From NCBI RefSeq assembly GCF_006345805.1, contig NC_042999.1, positions 159,464,001-159,528,000 of the forward strand: DNA of 64,000 nucleotides, in the 5' to 3' direction. A model generated the notes under the pieces. That model was not told where the DNA came from, ran no database searches, and worked only from the letters and a program-made list of their open reading frames with translations. Source of the stretch: Octopus sinensis (taxonomy: Eukaryota). Positions 1 to 12,246 of this stretch are shown here, piece by piece. The translations under genes and the position numbers were made by a program. Position 1 is the first letter of the stretch. The number at the start of each line of letters is the position of its first letter.

Positions 1-202
1 GTTTTTCTTTCTAATCCTCAAATAATAATCTGTAAAGTTATTTTTATTCGGTTTAATATGTAGCAACAAACCCGAAAGCATTCACCTTGATGTTACATTT
101 GATTTTAGCGTGTACTTTCATCGCAGCATGACTTGAAGACATGCACTGCGAATATGTCGCTTTTTATTCTATACATTCTCAGAATAATCAAAGAGAAATA
201 GT

Positions 203-248
<46 letters not shown>

Positions 249-363
249 GAGTGAAAAAAGAGAGAGAAAAAGAGAAAGAAATTTTCGGACACATAGAGTT
301 TTTCCTTTCTCATTTTCATTCATGGGATTTTATACTAATTTTCCCACATTTAGAAAAAATTAC

Positions 364-467
364 CACATTCAGAGTAGCTGCAGTTGAGCTAGTTTTATGG
401 AAGAGATGAATAGCATTCGATGACACAAGATGACTTCTAAACCCTTGAAGTAATAAACTGATATTTC
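364..467 (-). CDS. Candidate internal exon of an unidentified host gene (phase 1 to 0; NISLLLQGFRSHLVSSNAIHLFHKTSSTAATLNV)
   Basis: Minus-strand acceptor acattttctag|G and donor GTG|gtaatt. 104 bp, open in only one frame, non-repetitive. Protein not recognised. Confidence 0.45.
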
Positions 468-889
468 CTAGAAAATGTGTTGCTGCTTCAATCTTACAAA
501 TAAACATACCGTATAAAGAGAAAAATAAATCGAAATCTCATGTTTTCGGCATATCTTAGTTTAGCAACTATTTCATGAGTTCTGCTTCTTGATCTTTATA
601 TCCAACAAATTTCTGAATGGATGATGGTTTATCGGGGATTATTTTTTTATACTTTTTTTTGCGATATTTTGCTTTTGCCAGTGTTTGTTTTCATTATCTT
701 AGTTGATAAGAATGATGATATGGTTTAACTCTTATGAAAATAAAATACACTTCTTAAAATATGTCGACAAGATATCTTGGGACTTTTAATAATCTTCTCT
801 TCATAATTCTGGTGGCTTTTTTATAATGATTTAACTATTTAACAATCCCATCTATTTAAAATTTTTGCGACACAGTGTTGTGGAAAACC

Positions 890-1281
890 GTGGAGGCGCA
901 ATGGCCCAGTGGTTAGGGCAGCGGACTCGCGGTCGTAGGATCGCGGTTTCGATTCCCACACCGGGCGTTGTGAATGTTTATTGACCGAAAACACCTTAAA
1001 GCTCCACGAGGCTCCGGCAGGGATGGTGGTGATCCCTGCTGTACTCTTTCACCACAACTTTCTCTCAGTCTTACTTCCTGTTTCTGTTGTACCTGTATTT
1101 CAAAGGGCCGGCCTTGTCACTCTCTGTGTCACGCTGAATATCCCCGAGAACTACGTTAAGGGTACACGTGTCTGTGGAATGCTCAGCCACTTACATGTTA
1201 ATTTCACGAGCAGGCTGTTCCGTTGATTCGGATCAACCGGACCCTCGTCGTCGTAACCGACGGAGTGCTTCCATCCATCCA
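890..1281 (+). mobile_element. tRNA-derived SINE family A (octopus OR-like), full length
   Basis: A-box-like TGGCCCAGTGG and B-box-like GGTTTCGATTCC head, (TCCA)n tail, 10-bp TSD GTGGAAAACC at 880-889 and 1282-1291. Near-identical copies at 15504, 26554 and 54442. Confidence 0.9.
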
Positions 1282-1649
1282 GTGGAAAACCAAAGAATGT
1301 ATGGTTTCAAAAGCTTGAAAATATTCTCCACCCTGGCAAATACGCACGATGAAGGCAGGATACAAAGAATTCGCTAACAGCTTCAGGTCCAGCTGCTGAT
1401 ATATTAAGAGTCGGTTGGTTGGTAGGTGTCTTAAAAACATCAGTTTACAATTTTACATCATTTTTGAAAGTCGCATATAATTATCGGGAAAAAATAAGAT
1501 TACTCAAGCCATTTCCATCGACATTTTTCTGTTATCTCCTTTATAATATTTTATATTCAGAAGCATTTATGAAGATCCTAAAGATTTAGCAACTGATTAT
1601 GGCAATGATAAATGCCTAATAAATAGTCGTGTGCACTGTGAACATCTAG

Positions 1650-2225
1650 AACATATTCATTCTTACTACGTTCCGGCAGATTCGAATGTGAATGTGTTCA
1701 TCGCCGCTGTATCTCGTCGTCCATGAACAACTTCCTATTTCAGACGAATATGTATTTATAATACATTTGATTCATTAGCATAAGGAAACTTTAGGACACT
1801 CGGTGCCTCGATGTTGTTCTCTAATGACGATATACCAGTGATTCGCGTATTTACAATCGAATTTGCCTAAGCATATTAAGAACAAACGCGTCTAACATTG
1901 TTCTGATTTTCGCTGTTTATCTTGCACATGACAATGTAGTGTCAGTTAGCAGATATCAATCTGGTTCAGTAAATAGCTTGTTTGCGGAATTTATAAACAA
2001 GAGGAGCAATTCTTGTTAGATTTATTAGTATGGCGTAACTTTAGCAGAGGAGGCACTACGATGTCGAAACACTGGGTGCCTCAAAGTCCTCTCAAGCTAA
2101 TGAATCGATTGTATTATGAATATATACACTCTGAAAGGACAATTCGTTCCTCAATGACGAATTACATCATCGAGTTGCATATCTACGTTTGAATCTGCCA
2201 GAACGTACTAACAATGAATATATAT
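1650..2225. repeat. Old imperfect long inverted repeat (arms about 1650-1825 and 2050-2225)
   Basis: TATTCATTCTTACTACGTTCCGGCAGATTCGAATG matches the reverse complement of about 2183-2220. TTTCAGACGAATATGTATTTATAATACATTTGATTCATTAGC matches the reverse complement of about 2095-2135. Confidence 0.7.
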
Positions 2226-2715
2226 GACATCGATACAAATATAATTAAGTATAATCGATTAGTCGATATTTCTTAACTCAATATTAAGGCAAAAATTTGT
2301 GTAAATTTACTTTCGCATGTTAGTGAAAATAATGTTTCTCTAATAACAACACTAATAAACAACATAATGAAAATATTGTATTTCACTTTATTTCGATAAC
2401 TTTAGAGTATATAAAATTGTAAGGCATTTCATTTTTAGAGAAGGAACATTTCAAATACACTTCTATTTCATGTAGAACTACAGTAAAATCTTGCTGTATT
2501 ATAGGTGGCGCAACACAAAAAATTAATTGCGTAATTTAGGAAATTAACAAAGCATTTTATGGATTTAATAATCTTTAGGCCTAGAAATATTCAACTTAGA
2601 ATCAATTTAGCTTGTTTGACATTTCGTTTTATTTCTTGTGGAATATATTCTATTCTTTTTCATGCTTTCCTTCCGCATATTTCAAATATTTCTCTGTTGA
2701 GAGAAATATTTTTAC

Positions 2716-2788
2716 TTATGTGGCAGTAGGGGGTGATGAAAATCAAGATGGTCAGTGTCACTTCCACTCAGTCTTTGAACGGCTCCCA
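2716..2788 (-). CDS. Candidate internal exon (phase 1; VGAVQRLSGSDTDHLDFHHPLLP)
   Basis: Strong acceptor gtctttcttttgcag|T and an open frame. Donor ambiguous: AA|gtaaaa at 2716, or a non-canonical ataagt at 2720. Confidence 0.45.
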
Positions 2789-3116
2789 CTGCAAAAGAAA
2801 GACAATATTTCTGATTAAATTCAGTAATAACTGCAATATGCCAAATAAAATTAATCACTAAAATTTCCATTGAGGATATATTTCATTCTCAATGGACATA
2901 TAGAAATGTGTTCAATCAATTTTCAATATACACAGCTCATGACGCTCATGTATTAAAGTAATTATTGGCTCAAAAACTAGTCTTGTGAACCAGGGGCAAA
3001 CAGTATAACCATTTCCTTTCTTTAATATATTTATTAAATACGCAACACGCATAAACACACGTAATACACATAGACAAAGATAACTCGTCTTTCTTTTTCT
3101 ATACATTTAAACTAAC

Positions 3117-3443
3117 TTGGGACAAGTGTCTTTTACTATAGCCTCGGGCTGACCAAAGCCTCGTGAGTGGATTTGGTAGACGTAAACTGAAAGAAGCCCG
3201 TCGTATATATATGTATGTATGTATTTATGTGTGTCTGTGTATCTTCGTCTGTGTTTCTCCCCTTATCATCACTTGACAACTGGTGCTGGTGTGTTTATAT
3301 CCCCGTAACATAGCGGTTCGGTAAAAGAAAACGATATGATAAGCACAATGTTTTAAAATGTCCTGGGGTCGATTTGTTCGACTAAAACCCTTCATGCCCC
3401 AGCATTGCCGCAGTCAAATGAAACAAGTAAAAGAATAAAAGAA
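3117..3443 (+). mobile_element. SINE family B, 5'-truncated and diverged
   Basis: Aligns to family B copies (caagtgtctt..ctatagcc..ggatttggtagac..aaactgaaagaagcccgtcgtata, then gtaaaagaataaaagaa tail). Confidence 0.85.
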
Positions 3444-3455
3444 TATATATATATT

Positions 3456-3540
<85 letters not shown>
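3444..3540. repeat. (TA)n/(TG)n microsatellite
   Basis: Directly visible; source of the YIYI/CVCV ORFs. Confidence 0.95.
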
Positions 3541-5150
3541 CATTCAAACTAGAGTTACCCATCATACTGCCAGCAGTATTCCATTTCTTGTTATCTGTTC
3601 TTCGCAGCTCTCCGCTTCCTCTACCGAGAACTGGGGTTGGCCGTCGAGGCAAACACTAAAGTTAACTACAATTTTCAATCTATCATCCGCCTGGAGCAAT
3701 TAAGCAAACTACCCCTGGAAAGTGGCACATATCTAGACAGATTCGTGGCTTTATTGTAGAGCCTCCACCACTTGAGAGCAAACGGCCCATCCTGGTCTTA
3801 GAGTATAATTCTTAACTCTGATAACGTTGCATTCATGTTTTGTGATGTAAAATGGCTGAGGGCCATATTCACCAAATGGCACTGACAATATCTCTGCTAA
3901 TCGCTTTATCTAATTTGCTCACAAGTTCCTTTCAAATCAGTTTTCAGTATCCCTACTACATTTTTAAATCCTATCAATTCTACTCTTATAGCATTATTCG
4001 GGGCTGCTGATAATCGATAAGCGCCACCGTCAACTACTACCTTACTAATTTGCGAATCTGTTCACTGTTGCGTTGGGGCGTCTGGAACAACTCGCTCAGC
4101 ATGCAATTACCGGATCTTTATCTGTACTTCCCAAGTTGCGGTTCATGTAAACTGTGAACACTCTACACTGTTTTTATCAACCTAAAAGCAACTCAATTTT
4201 GATACTCTCTGCATAACCTGATGCAGTTATTCTATATCAACACTGGTACATTCATTCAAAATGATCCAGTCGGTACCTGTTAAAGATTAATGACTGGTTC
4301 TCGAGGCTTATTATCTCCCATGAGCATAAACCTAACAATCTTTATATGCGTTTAAAATTTGAGTCGCCTGCTTGTTCTAAAAAGCGAAATGTTCTGAGGA
4401 TATCTAAACTCGCCGGTGGTTGCTTAAATGAACACTATATACGCTGCTGTTCATTCTTCCAGCACTACCGGCTTGGCGTTCGCGTTGTAGAAAATTGATG
4501 TACCTCGGGACCCAAACTGTTACGAAACAGCACTGCTAACCTGGGAATGCATCAACTTTCTATACAAAGCCAAACGTTGAAGCGAGATATATCATATGTT
4601 ACATGTATTTCCATCCGGTTATCCAAGTTTTCCTTGCCCGGAGATGTGAGTCACATATTTGTGAAAGCCTTACAACAATATCGAAGAAACACTAACGTGT
4701 TTACAACTACTTTAGAAAATAAACGGTCCTGAGTATTTTTTGTTAAAATTCATTGAAGCAGTTGTTTTAGTCTTGGTATTGATTGCAGTGGACTCATTTC
4801 ATGCATTTGTATTCTCTAGAAATCCTGCAAGTGATCAGTGCTACAGTAGAAGCACTTTCAAAGTTTTCTACTTTCTTACACTGCTTTTTAGTTGTAGAGT
4901 TTTTTTTATGTAAAATTGAGTAAACGCCACACCATGCCAAATACCTCGCAAGAACTACAATAGGATGTTTGTCGGAATAAAGTCAAAAAGTTTTCAAAAG
5001 ATTTGGGCTAAGAGCAAACTAACATTTCATTTTGCCATCATTTCAAAGTAAAATGAGGGCAATTGAAACAAGTCAAGTACTCAAATGAAGAGGAATTTTC
5101 TGGGAAGATAGTTAATTCCTTTAGGATATCGATAATTTAAAACAACTTAC

Positions 5151-5264
5151 CTTGTCCAACTTTTTCAGAAACCACGCAAATACCATAACCAATGGGTACT
5201 ATATATTCCTCTAACACTTTATAGCATTTCGGGTGGGGTGACCCATTGGCAATATCTGCAGCAG
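5151..5264 (-). CDS. Candidate internal exon (phase 1-1, 114 bp; AAADIANGSPHPKCYKVLEEYIVPIGYGICVVSEKVGQ)
   Basis: Acceptor ccttattctattacag|C, consensus donor AAG|gtaagt, open reading frame, non-repetitive sequence. Confidence 0.6.
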
Positions 5265-5340
5265 CTGTAATAGAATAAGGTACATTAATGCTTTTCACCA
5301 ATTAGATTAAAAGACTATAATATTCGTCTTTCTTGTGTTG

Positions 5341-8300
5341 CTAGATGCGTCCGTGACCCGTTCGGTCACAATCACTCCAAGTTGAAAATGTCGATGCGCG
5401 ACGGCAAGGAAAAGATTCTATTCTATTTAAAATAGTAATCTTTATCATCTTAATCAAAGAGCAGAAAAAAAGAGAGAAAGTTTCTTCCCTTAGTTTATTT
5501 CAAACTCCTTGTTATACTTATAGAAACCATCCGACAGCACAGAGAGGAAACATAGTCCAAAATTTTCGCAATGCAACTACATATTAAGAGAGGGGAAAAA
5601 AAAAGAAAGCATAATAATTTTCCCTTTAAGAAAATAATCATGTTGGAAGTGTGGCTTTGGAGTGCCTCCCCCAGCTAGTGGAAATAGATTACTATGATTT
5701 CCTTTTTGAAATATGAGGTCAGCCTGTCAGCACTTCATATGGTTATCGCCGCCGCAAATCGACATTTTCAACTTGGTTTTATTTTCCTTAAAGGAACATT
5801 TACTATTTTATTTAAAATGAAATATTAATCTTTATCATCTTAACCAAAAGCAGAAAAACAGAGAGATAAATTTTGAGTCTTAATTTTATATAGATAGATA
5901 GATAAATGCTCATTAAATTACACTGTTGAACTTCAAGACCAATTATAAATCAAAAATTCCCTTCAATACAATATTTTTTGTTTTATTTCCTACTTTAGGT
6001 AAATTCTAATATTATCACTACTTTTTACTCGACTTAGTGCCGCATACAATACACCATGATTGAAAGCAGGTTCTTTCAGAAATAAAAGAACCTTCTCCAA
6101 AGTTTGTCCTTGAGATTTGTGAATGGTAATGGCAAATGACAACAATACTGTGAATTGCTTCCTCTGAAAGGGTATACCCTCTTCTTCACTTAAATTCAAT
6201 TTTATTCTGGGTATCATTACAACTTCATTGGCAAATATTCCAGAATTAAGTTTTGCAATGATGATATCCTCTTTCATTTCTTGTACGATCAATCTGGTTC
6301 TATTACAAAGCTTTGGTGGATTCAGATTCCTTAGCAATATGATTGGTAAGCCGTCTTTCAATTTCAGCTTATGAAGGAGCATACCAGAAAATGCCAGAGA
6401 GCTTTAAAATTCCCATGGAAAATGTGACATTAGCTTCTCCGTATAGACTGTCGAAAGATCTGTGCTCTTTCAGCTCACCCGGAAGTAATTTAATACATTC
6501 TTCATTTATGGCTCCTAAGATGTCATTTTCCGTGACATCTTAATATGCAGTATTTTGAGAAGTTCGCCAGATCTTCAAATGATGGGTATATGCGGGAGTA
6601 CCCAAAAGCAACCGGAAACGTTCTCTGTGGGATAAGACCGTTGTAGTTCAGGCTTCCGCCACCAGAGGCCACTTGATGCGACCCTCAGATATCAGTCTAC
6701 CCACCGATGTTGTCCGGTCGGGTCATACTATCACGTGGTGTACCTTTGTATTGCAATGCTGCTCCTCTGTTCGTCCGTTGCTGGATTTGGAATTTTTGCT
6801 TGCACATAGTCCTCAATCTCCTTTGATCTTATTTTATTTAGAAACCAAAAAAGAGCATGGAAGTGTCACAATCCAATCCACATTTTTGATATTCAGTGGT
6901 ATGAGTATGTGTCTTGATTTCACTCCTGAGTTTCCTCTTGACAATCAAGTCCATAAACACGTATCTCTCACTTGCAATCAAACTCTTGCAGTCAAATAAG
7001 GTATGTCAGATGTCACCTGCCTAGGGAAAAAAATTTTGACTAATTTCTGGCCATTTGTAATTACACATAAGTTTGACGAACAACGATGATGCACCGTGAT
7101 TCCTCAAAATTTCTATGGCATCAATCTACTTTTCAGCAATGTATCTTGAACTCCCAGTATATTTTGGGGGAAGTAAGATCTTTTATCCAACGTTATTGAA
7201 ATCATAATTGTCATTTATGACATCCGTTAGTCCCTTGTATGTTATACTTCTTAAATAAGCTCGATTCTGTCATAAAAAGGAGAGGTTATAAGATTCGATT
7301 TTTGCAGCTTGATCGACCAAATACTGCTGGAATAATCGGCAGCCTCGAAGAATATTATAGAATTCGTTTTGATGATTAATTATTCTATAGGCGTAATATT
7401 TCTTGATTGTCAATCGCTTATTGTTTGTCATATTCAAGTTGATGTTCTACCAATTGTTACCTTCATGAAAAAGAGAACGTACTGCAATGGGTCATACGAA
7501 CGATGAATTTTCGAAAATATCGTTATTTCAATTCTTCTTTCCTTCAAGACGATATGCCTGGAGGATGTATCTTGATTTGAATTGGGCAAAATAACAGAGA
7601 CTCCATTTACAGTTGGCGCATTCCAACGCCTCTCATGCTCTCAGTTTGGCCTTCTGCTCTCATGAATAATAGATGTGGCCTCTGGCATGTCTCTAAGTAC
7701 TTCCTTTGCCATTTTGAACGAAGCAAAATTTGGATTTCTCTCTCTCAAAACTGTTTCAATTCGTTCTACGATGTTTCTTTCTATCTCTGCTTCGTTGTTC
7801 AAAATTCTCATCTTTTGTTGAACTGAGTCTTGTGGGTCCAACAGGTATAAATGAACAATTTGACTTGCTCATCGGCATCTGGAATTAGTGGACCTTGGAA
7901 ATTGGAAATTTGTCTCTGAATTATGACCAGGGGATTATAATTTGCCGAATCTCTTTGCAATTAAAAGATATCATATGGGAAATGCTGTTGTCCTCCCTGG
8001 CATATTTTCCGAAATTTTTCCTACTTCTGTCTCACCTCCAAATAATTCACACGTTCCTGGTGGTAAATCAGGTAACGGTGCTAAATTGACTTTTCCATTC
8101 ATTCAGCTGGTATTTCTCCTGAAAATTTGAAAGTTCTACAATAGGAGAATATTTGATTCATTTTTTTTTTTTTTTTGAGAGTCATCAACACCTTGATGGT
8201 TGCGGAGCTGATAGTGTTGTTTTCGAATTCATTAATCTTCTAATCTAAATCATCTCTGTTCTTCAATTTCATTCAAACGAGCTTGCTGTTGTCTAATTCG

Positions 8301-8786
8301 ATCCTTCAGCTTTTTTATCATAATTTTCATTTAAACGAATATGCTGATGTCTCGTTCGATCTTGCTCTTCTTTCGGCTCCTTGATCATAATGTCTGTTTA
8401 AACGTCGGATATTTTTCCAACCAATTTACATTGTCTCTGTTCTTAATAGCTCTCTTTTTTGATTCGGACATCTTTCTCTGTTTAGTTAATACCTCTCCCG
8501 TTCCCTGATCCTTTTGGCTTCGGGTGTTGGAAAACTTGAACCAGACCTTTTTGGTAGCATCTGAGAAAAATATTCTTATGAATTGTTATAAAAAATATCT
8601 CTTGTATAAATGATTAAGGGAAGAAAAACAAAAAAGGAAGGAAAAAGGACGGACGGTGGGTGCCGGCTGCGACGACTTTCTGAAGTGTCACCGCCGCAAA
8701 TCGACATTTCCAACTTGATTTTGTTCCTAATCAAAGAGCATGAAAACAGAGAGACAGACAAACTTTGAGTTTAAGTTTAATATAGA
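5341..8786 (-). mobile_element. Helitron, internally deleted, with both termini
   Basis: Minus-strand 5' end A|TCTATATTAAAC at 8786. 3' GTGACC..GGTCAC hairpin followed 8 nt later by CTAG at 5341. RepHel relic inside. A second related 5'-terminal block lies at about 5740-5894. Confidence 0.75.
5990..8130 (-). pseudogene. Helitron Rep/helicase pseudogene
   Basis: PIF1-type helicase C-terminus LLRNLNPPKLCNRTRL..QFTVLLSFAITIHKSQGQTL..HGVLYAALSRV (5990-6382). Rep-region motifs IHRSYDPLQYVLF (about 7470-7505) and KILLPPKYTGSSRY..MCNYKWPEI (about 7045-7190). Many stops and frameshifts; middle deleted. Confidence 0.9.
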
Positions 8787-8834
8787 TTAATTACTAATTA
8801 TAAATAATTTGTGATTTTAGTTGGTTTTATTATT

Positions 8835-9153
8835 CACTTTGACTTCACTTTGACCGACCAGTCCGTCAGGTGTCCATTTGACACCGCTGGTCACAGCACG
8901 CTGTCCACTCCTCTCTGGATCGCGCCTTTCTCATACACGTGATCCCAATCGTCTTCCTGAAATCGTCACTCCACCGTCGTGGAGGTATTCCGGGTGGTCT
9001 TTTCCGCTCACGCGGGTACCACTCGACAACTGCGTGCGTCCACCGATTATCGGTGAGCCGGGCGACGTGTCCAGCCCATCTATACTTGCTGCGTGTATAC
9101 TCTGTGATGACATCTCTCACATCTCTCAACAGCACGAAGAACGAAGAGAAAAA
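8835..9153 (-). mobile_element. RTE-clade LINE, 5'-truncated 3' fragment
   Basis: RWAGHVARLTDNRWTHAVVEWYPRERKRPPGIPPRRWSD C-terminus, short tandem tail (caaagtgaagt-like), 11-bp TSD GTTTTATTATT at 8824-8834 and 9154-9164. Confidence 0.85.
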
Positions 9154-9601
9154 GTTTTATTATTACGGAATGAAAATACTACAGCCGAATATAAATAGAG
9201 CAATAGAAGCCGTATTAATACCAGAAGGTAAAAATAATCAGCACTTAAAAATAGATGTCGCGTTAGAAAACACAAATAATGCAATATTTACCAAGAGAGG
9301 GAAACTCTCATATGGTTTTCAGTGCATAAAAGCATATCATAACAATCACCAGCGGCAGATAATCAACGCTACTTCCGCTGCCGAGTCCGCCAAATCACAA
9401 GAGTCCGGCCTCTTTTGGCTTTGTCAATGATACATTCAGATGTCTAAATATTATCTTATTATCTTCTGGTTTTACTCTCTTACTATTTAAATGAAGAAGA
9501 TAAATCTGATGATAGACATACAACAGGTAGAACTGTTGAAAAATATCACTCCTCCCTCAAGAATTGTCATCTTGTTCATTTACGAAGCTTAATCTAATAC
9601 C

Positions 9602-10203
9602 TATTTCTTTACTACCCACAAGGGGCTAAACACAGAGGGGACAAACAAGGACAGACAAACGGATTAAGTCGATTATATTGACCCCAGTGCGTAACTGGTA
9701 CTTATTTAATCGACCCCGAAAGGATGAAAGGCAAAGTCGACCTCGGCGGAATTTGAACTCAGAACGTAACGGCAGAGGAAATACCTATTTCTTTACTACC
9801 CACAAGGGGTTAAACACAGAGAGGACAAACAAGGACAGACAAACGGATTAAGTCGATTATATCGACCCCAGTGCGTAACTGGTACTTATTTAATCGACCC
9901 CGAAAGGATGAAAGGCAAAGTCGACCTCGGCGGAATTTGAACTCAGAACGTAACGGCAGAGGAAATACCTATTTCTTTACTACCCACAAGGGGTTAAACA
10001 CAGAGAGGACAAACAAGGACAGACAAACGGATTAAGTCGATTATATCGACCCCAGTGCGTAACTGGTACTTATTTAATCGACCCCGAAAGGATGAAAGGC
10101 AAAGTCGACCTCGGCGGAATTTGAACTCAGAACGTAACGGCAGACGAAATACAGCTACACATTTCGCCCGGCGTGCTTACGTCTCTGCCAGCTCGCCGCC
10201 TTA
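9602..10203 (-). mobile_element. SINE family C with one tRNA head and three tandem 184-bp bodies
   Basis: Units start at 9600, 9784 and 9968; head at about 10150-10200. One TSD, AATCTAATACC (9591-9601 and 10204-10214), flanks the whole array. Confidence 0.9.
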
Positions 10204-10484
10204 AATCTAATACCAATGACCTTCCAAGGCAACGAGCCATCATTTCAAATACGTCTATTGTGTGCGCGGGGGTCACTCTTCAAAGTGGTAGTTGTACCTT
10301 CATTACATCTGTTTACAGCAGCCCGAGCTATTCGAGTTTAAAGTGCGTTATCTACAGACTCAGTGCAGCTCAGGCAGCAACCTGTTTTTTTTTTCTTTTT
10401 TTGTCCAACAAATTCCAGTCTTATATCGCGTCTCTCTCACAAAGATGTCTAATTTGAAATTTGTCACGTAGTTCGGTATATCTT

Positions 10485-10900
10485 TGTTGGCATCCTTTTT
10501 GTCTCGGGAGACAATGGAGTTGCGCATAAAGTAGTCTAATCCGGCTTTTTCATTTCATGTCCTGATACATTTCCTGCTGTGGCTGTGTAGTCCTATCCTG
10601 GACAAACACTCCCTCTGGCAGGTACCGCAAATGTAGCGAAGACTGTTCCTGGCTGGTTGTAGTGCCATAGTTTCTTGTTGACGTCTTTTCCTGTCTTTCC
10701 ATTTCTCCTCTCTCTCTCTGTCACTCCTTTGTATTCCCTCTCTTACGGTACGTCGCCAGTCTCCACAGTTGCCGGCAAATGCCTCCCAACCGCTAATATT
10801 GATGTTGCAGGCCTTCATGTCCCTTTTGAATCTACGGACAACCATCCCTTACGAACTAAACACAACCCACTCCTCCTATTGACTGCCTCAACACCTCCTG
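10485..10900 (-). mobile_element. RTE/BovB-like LINE 3' fragment
   Basis: FKRDMKACNIN..W..TVREG..CGTCQRECLSRIGLHSHSRKC (C2H2-type C-terminus typical of BovB-like RTEs) plus a short 3' UTR ccattgtctcccgagac..ggatgccaac. Confidence 0.8.
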
Positions 10901-11081
10901 CAACAAAGAAACCTTATTTCATTTTTCATTACGGTTGTAATTGCGCCGTTTATATATCATTAACTTCCTCATCTCCTTTCAACCTTAATTTTTATATTTT
11001 CATTGTTTTTATAATTTTTTTGCTTTTATTTATATGTTTTAGTTTTTATAAATAATTGTTTTTATTTCTATATACACATAT

Positions 11082-11498
11082 AGGCGCAGGAGTGGCTGTG
11101 TGGTAAGTAGCTTGCTAACCAACCACATGGTTCCGGGTTCAGTTCCACTGCGTGGCACCTTGGGCAAGTGTCTTCTGCTATAGCCCCGGGCCGACCAATG
11201 CCTTGTGAGTGGATTTGGTAGACGGAAACTGAAAGAAGTCCGTCGTATATATGTATATATATGTATAAGTGTGTGTGTGTTTATATGTTTGTGTGTCTGT
11301 GTTTGTCCCTCTAGCATTGCTTGACAACCGATGCTGGTGTGTTTACGTCCCCGTCACTTTGCGGTTCGGCAAAAGAGACCGATAGAATAAGTACTGGGCT
11401 TACAAAGAATAAGTCCCGGGGTCGATTTGCTCGACAAAAGGCGGTGCTCCAGCATGGCCGCAGTCAAATGACTGAAACAAGTAAAAGAGTAAAAGAGT
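11082..11498 (+). mobile_element. tRNA-derived SINE family B, full length, with internal (TA)/(TG) microsatellite
   Basis: Head GGCGCAGGAGTGGCTGTGTGG..GGTTCAGTTCC, CORE-like CCTTGGGCAAG, (GTAAAAGA)n tail; many near-identical copies in the window. Confidence 0.9.
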
Positions 11499-11499
11499 A

Positions 11500-11707
11500 T
11501 ACGTACATATCCACGAACACACAGATACCTCCCACACACACCACACATATACAACACACATGCAGATATATACACACACACACACATACTTCACACAAAT
11601 ACACACACGCATACATACACACTCTCCCACATAGACACATGCGCACACACACATATGCGCGTACACACACAGTGCACAAACGTACACACACACATACACA
11701 CGTACAT

Positions 11708-11745
<38 letters not shown>

Positions 11746-11790
11746 ACCTGCGCGCACGCACATACCCACACATATACAAACATACCTCCT
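11500..11790. repeat. Degenerate (CA)n-rich compound microsatellite
   Basis: Directly visible. Confidence 0.9.
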
Positions 11791-11849
11791 TTTCTTGCAC
11801 TCTCCTGCCTTTGAAAGAACTTTTTCTTCACCCATTCCCTTCCGGTCAT

Positions 11850-12030
11850 TTCAATATGTGACCACGTGTGTATCGTTGGCGATTTCCTTTCTCCGTCTTC
11901 CCTTCCTTGGACCTTTCCTTTTTCTATGTTTCTGACGAAACATAGTCAAACTATGTCCTGAGCGTCCAATAAGACTATACTTGTTCCACGTCCTCGCCTT
12001 GTTGTGTTTTCTCTTTGTTCACGTTTTGAT

Positions 12031-12035
<5 letters not shown>
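11850..12035 (+). mobile_element. Penelope-like terminal-repeat relic ending at (TA)n
   Basis: Homologous to 57365-57575 (gttggcgattt..cctgagcgtccaataa..ttgttccacgtcctcgc..gattaact). Retains CTGACGAA. Confidence 0.55.
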
Positions 12036-12072
<37 letters not shown>

Positions 12073-12206
12073 AATATAGTAAAGTGTGAAAAAACGACAG
12101 AAGGCTTAAATGTTAAAAAATATATATATTTGTGTCAAAATGTCTGGAGAATATTGGAAAAATTTTTTTTCCCTTTCCTTAAAATGACATAATTTAAAAA
12201 TTTTTA

Positions 12207-12246
12207 AAGAAATTACCAGTTTCGCGTGTAGCTTTTCAAATTTCTT
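12207..12246 (-). ncRNA. Mirror copy of the minimal hammerhead ribozyme in the left arm (stem III loop mutated, ACTGGT)
   Basis: Reverse complement of 12935-12974 with one substitution. Confidence 0.55.

Noticed and set aside
890-970. tRNA genes at SINE heads (also 11082, 19729 and others)
   Set aside because: A and B boxes are present, but there is no complete cloverleaf. They continue into SINE bodies with TSDs.
3405-3703. ORFs rich in YI, CV, HT or LSIY repeats here and throughout (e.g. 11321-11935, 31540-32001, 41410-41922, 61118-61498)
   Set aside because: Translations of TA, TG, CA and GATA microsatellites.
8939-9430. 163-aa plus-strand ORF
   Set aside because: The first part is antisense to an RTE fragment and the rest has no recognisable homology.
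9600-10150. Regular 184-bp repeats as a CRISPR-like array
   Set aside because: No unique spacers; the units are SINE bodies in a eukaryotic context and there are no cas genes.
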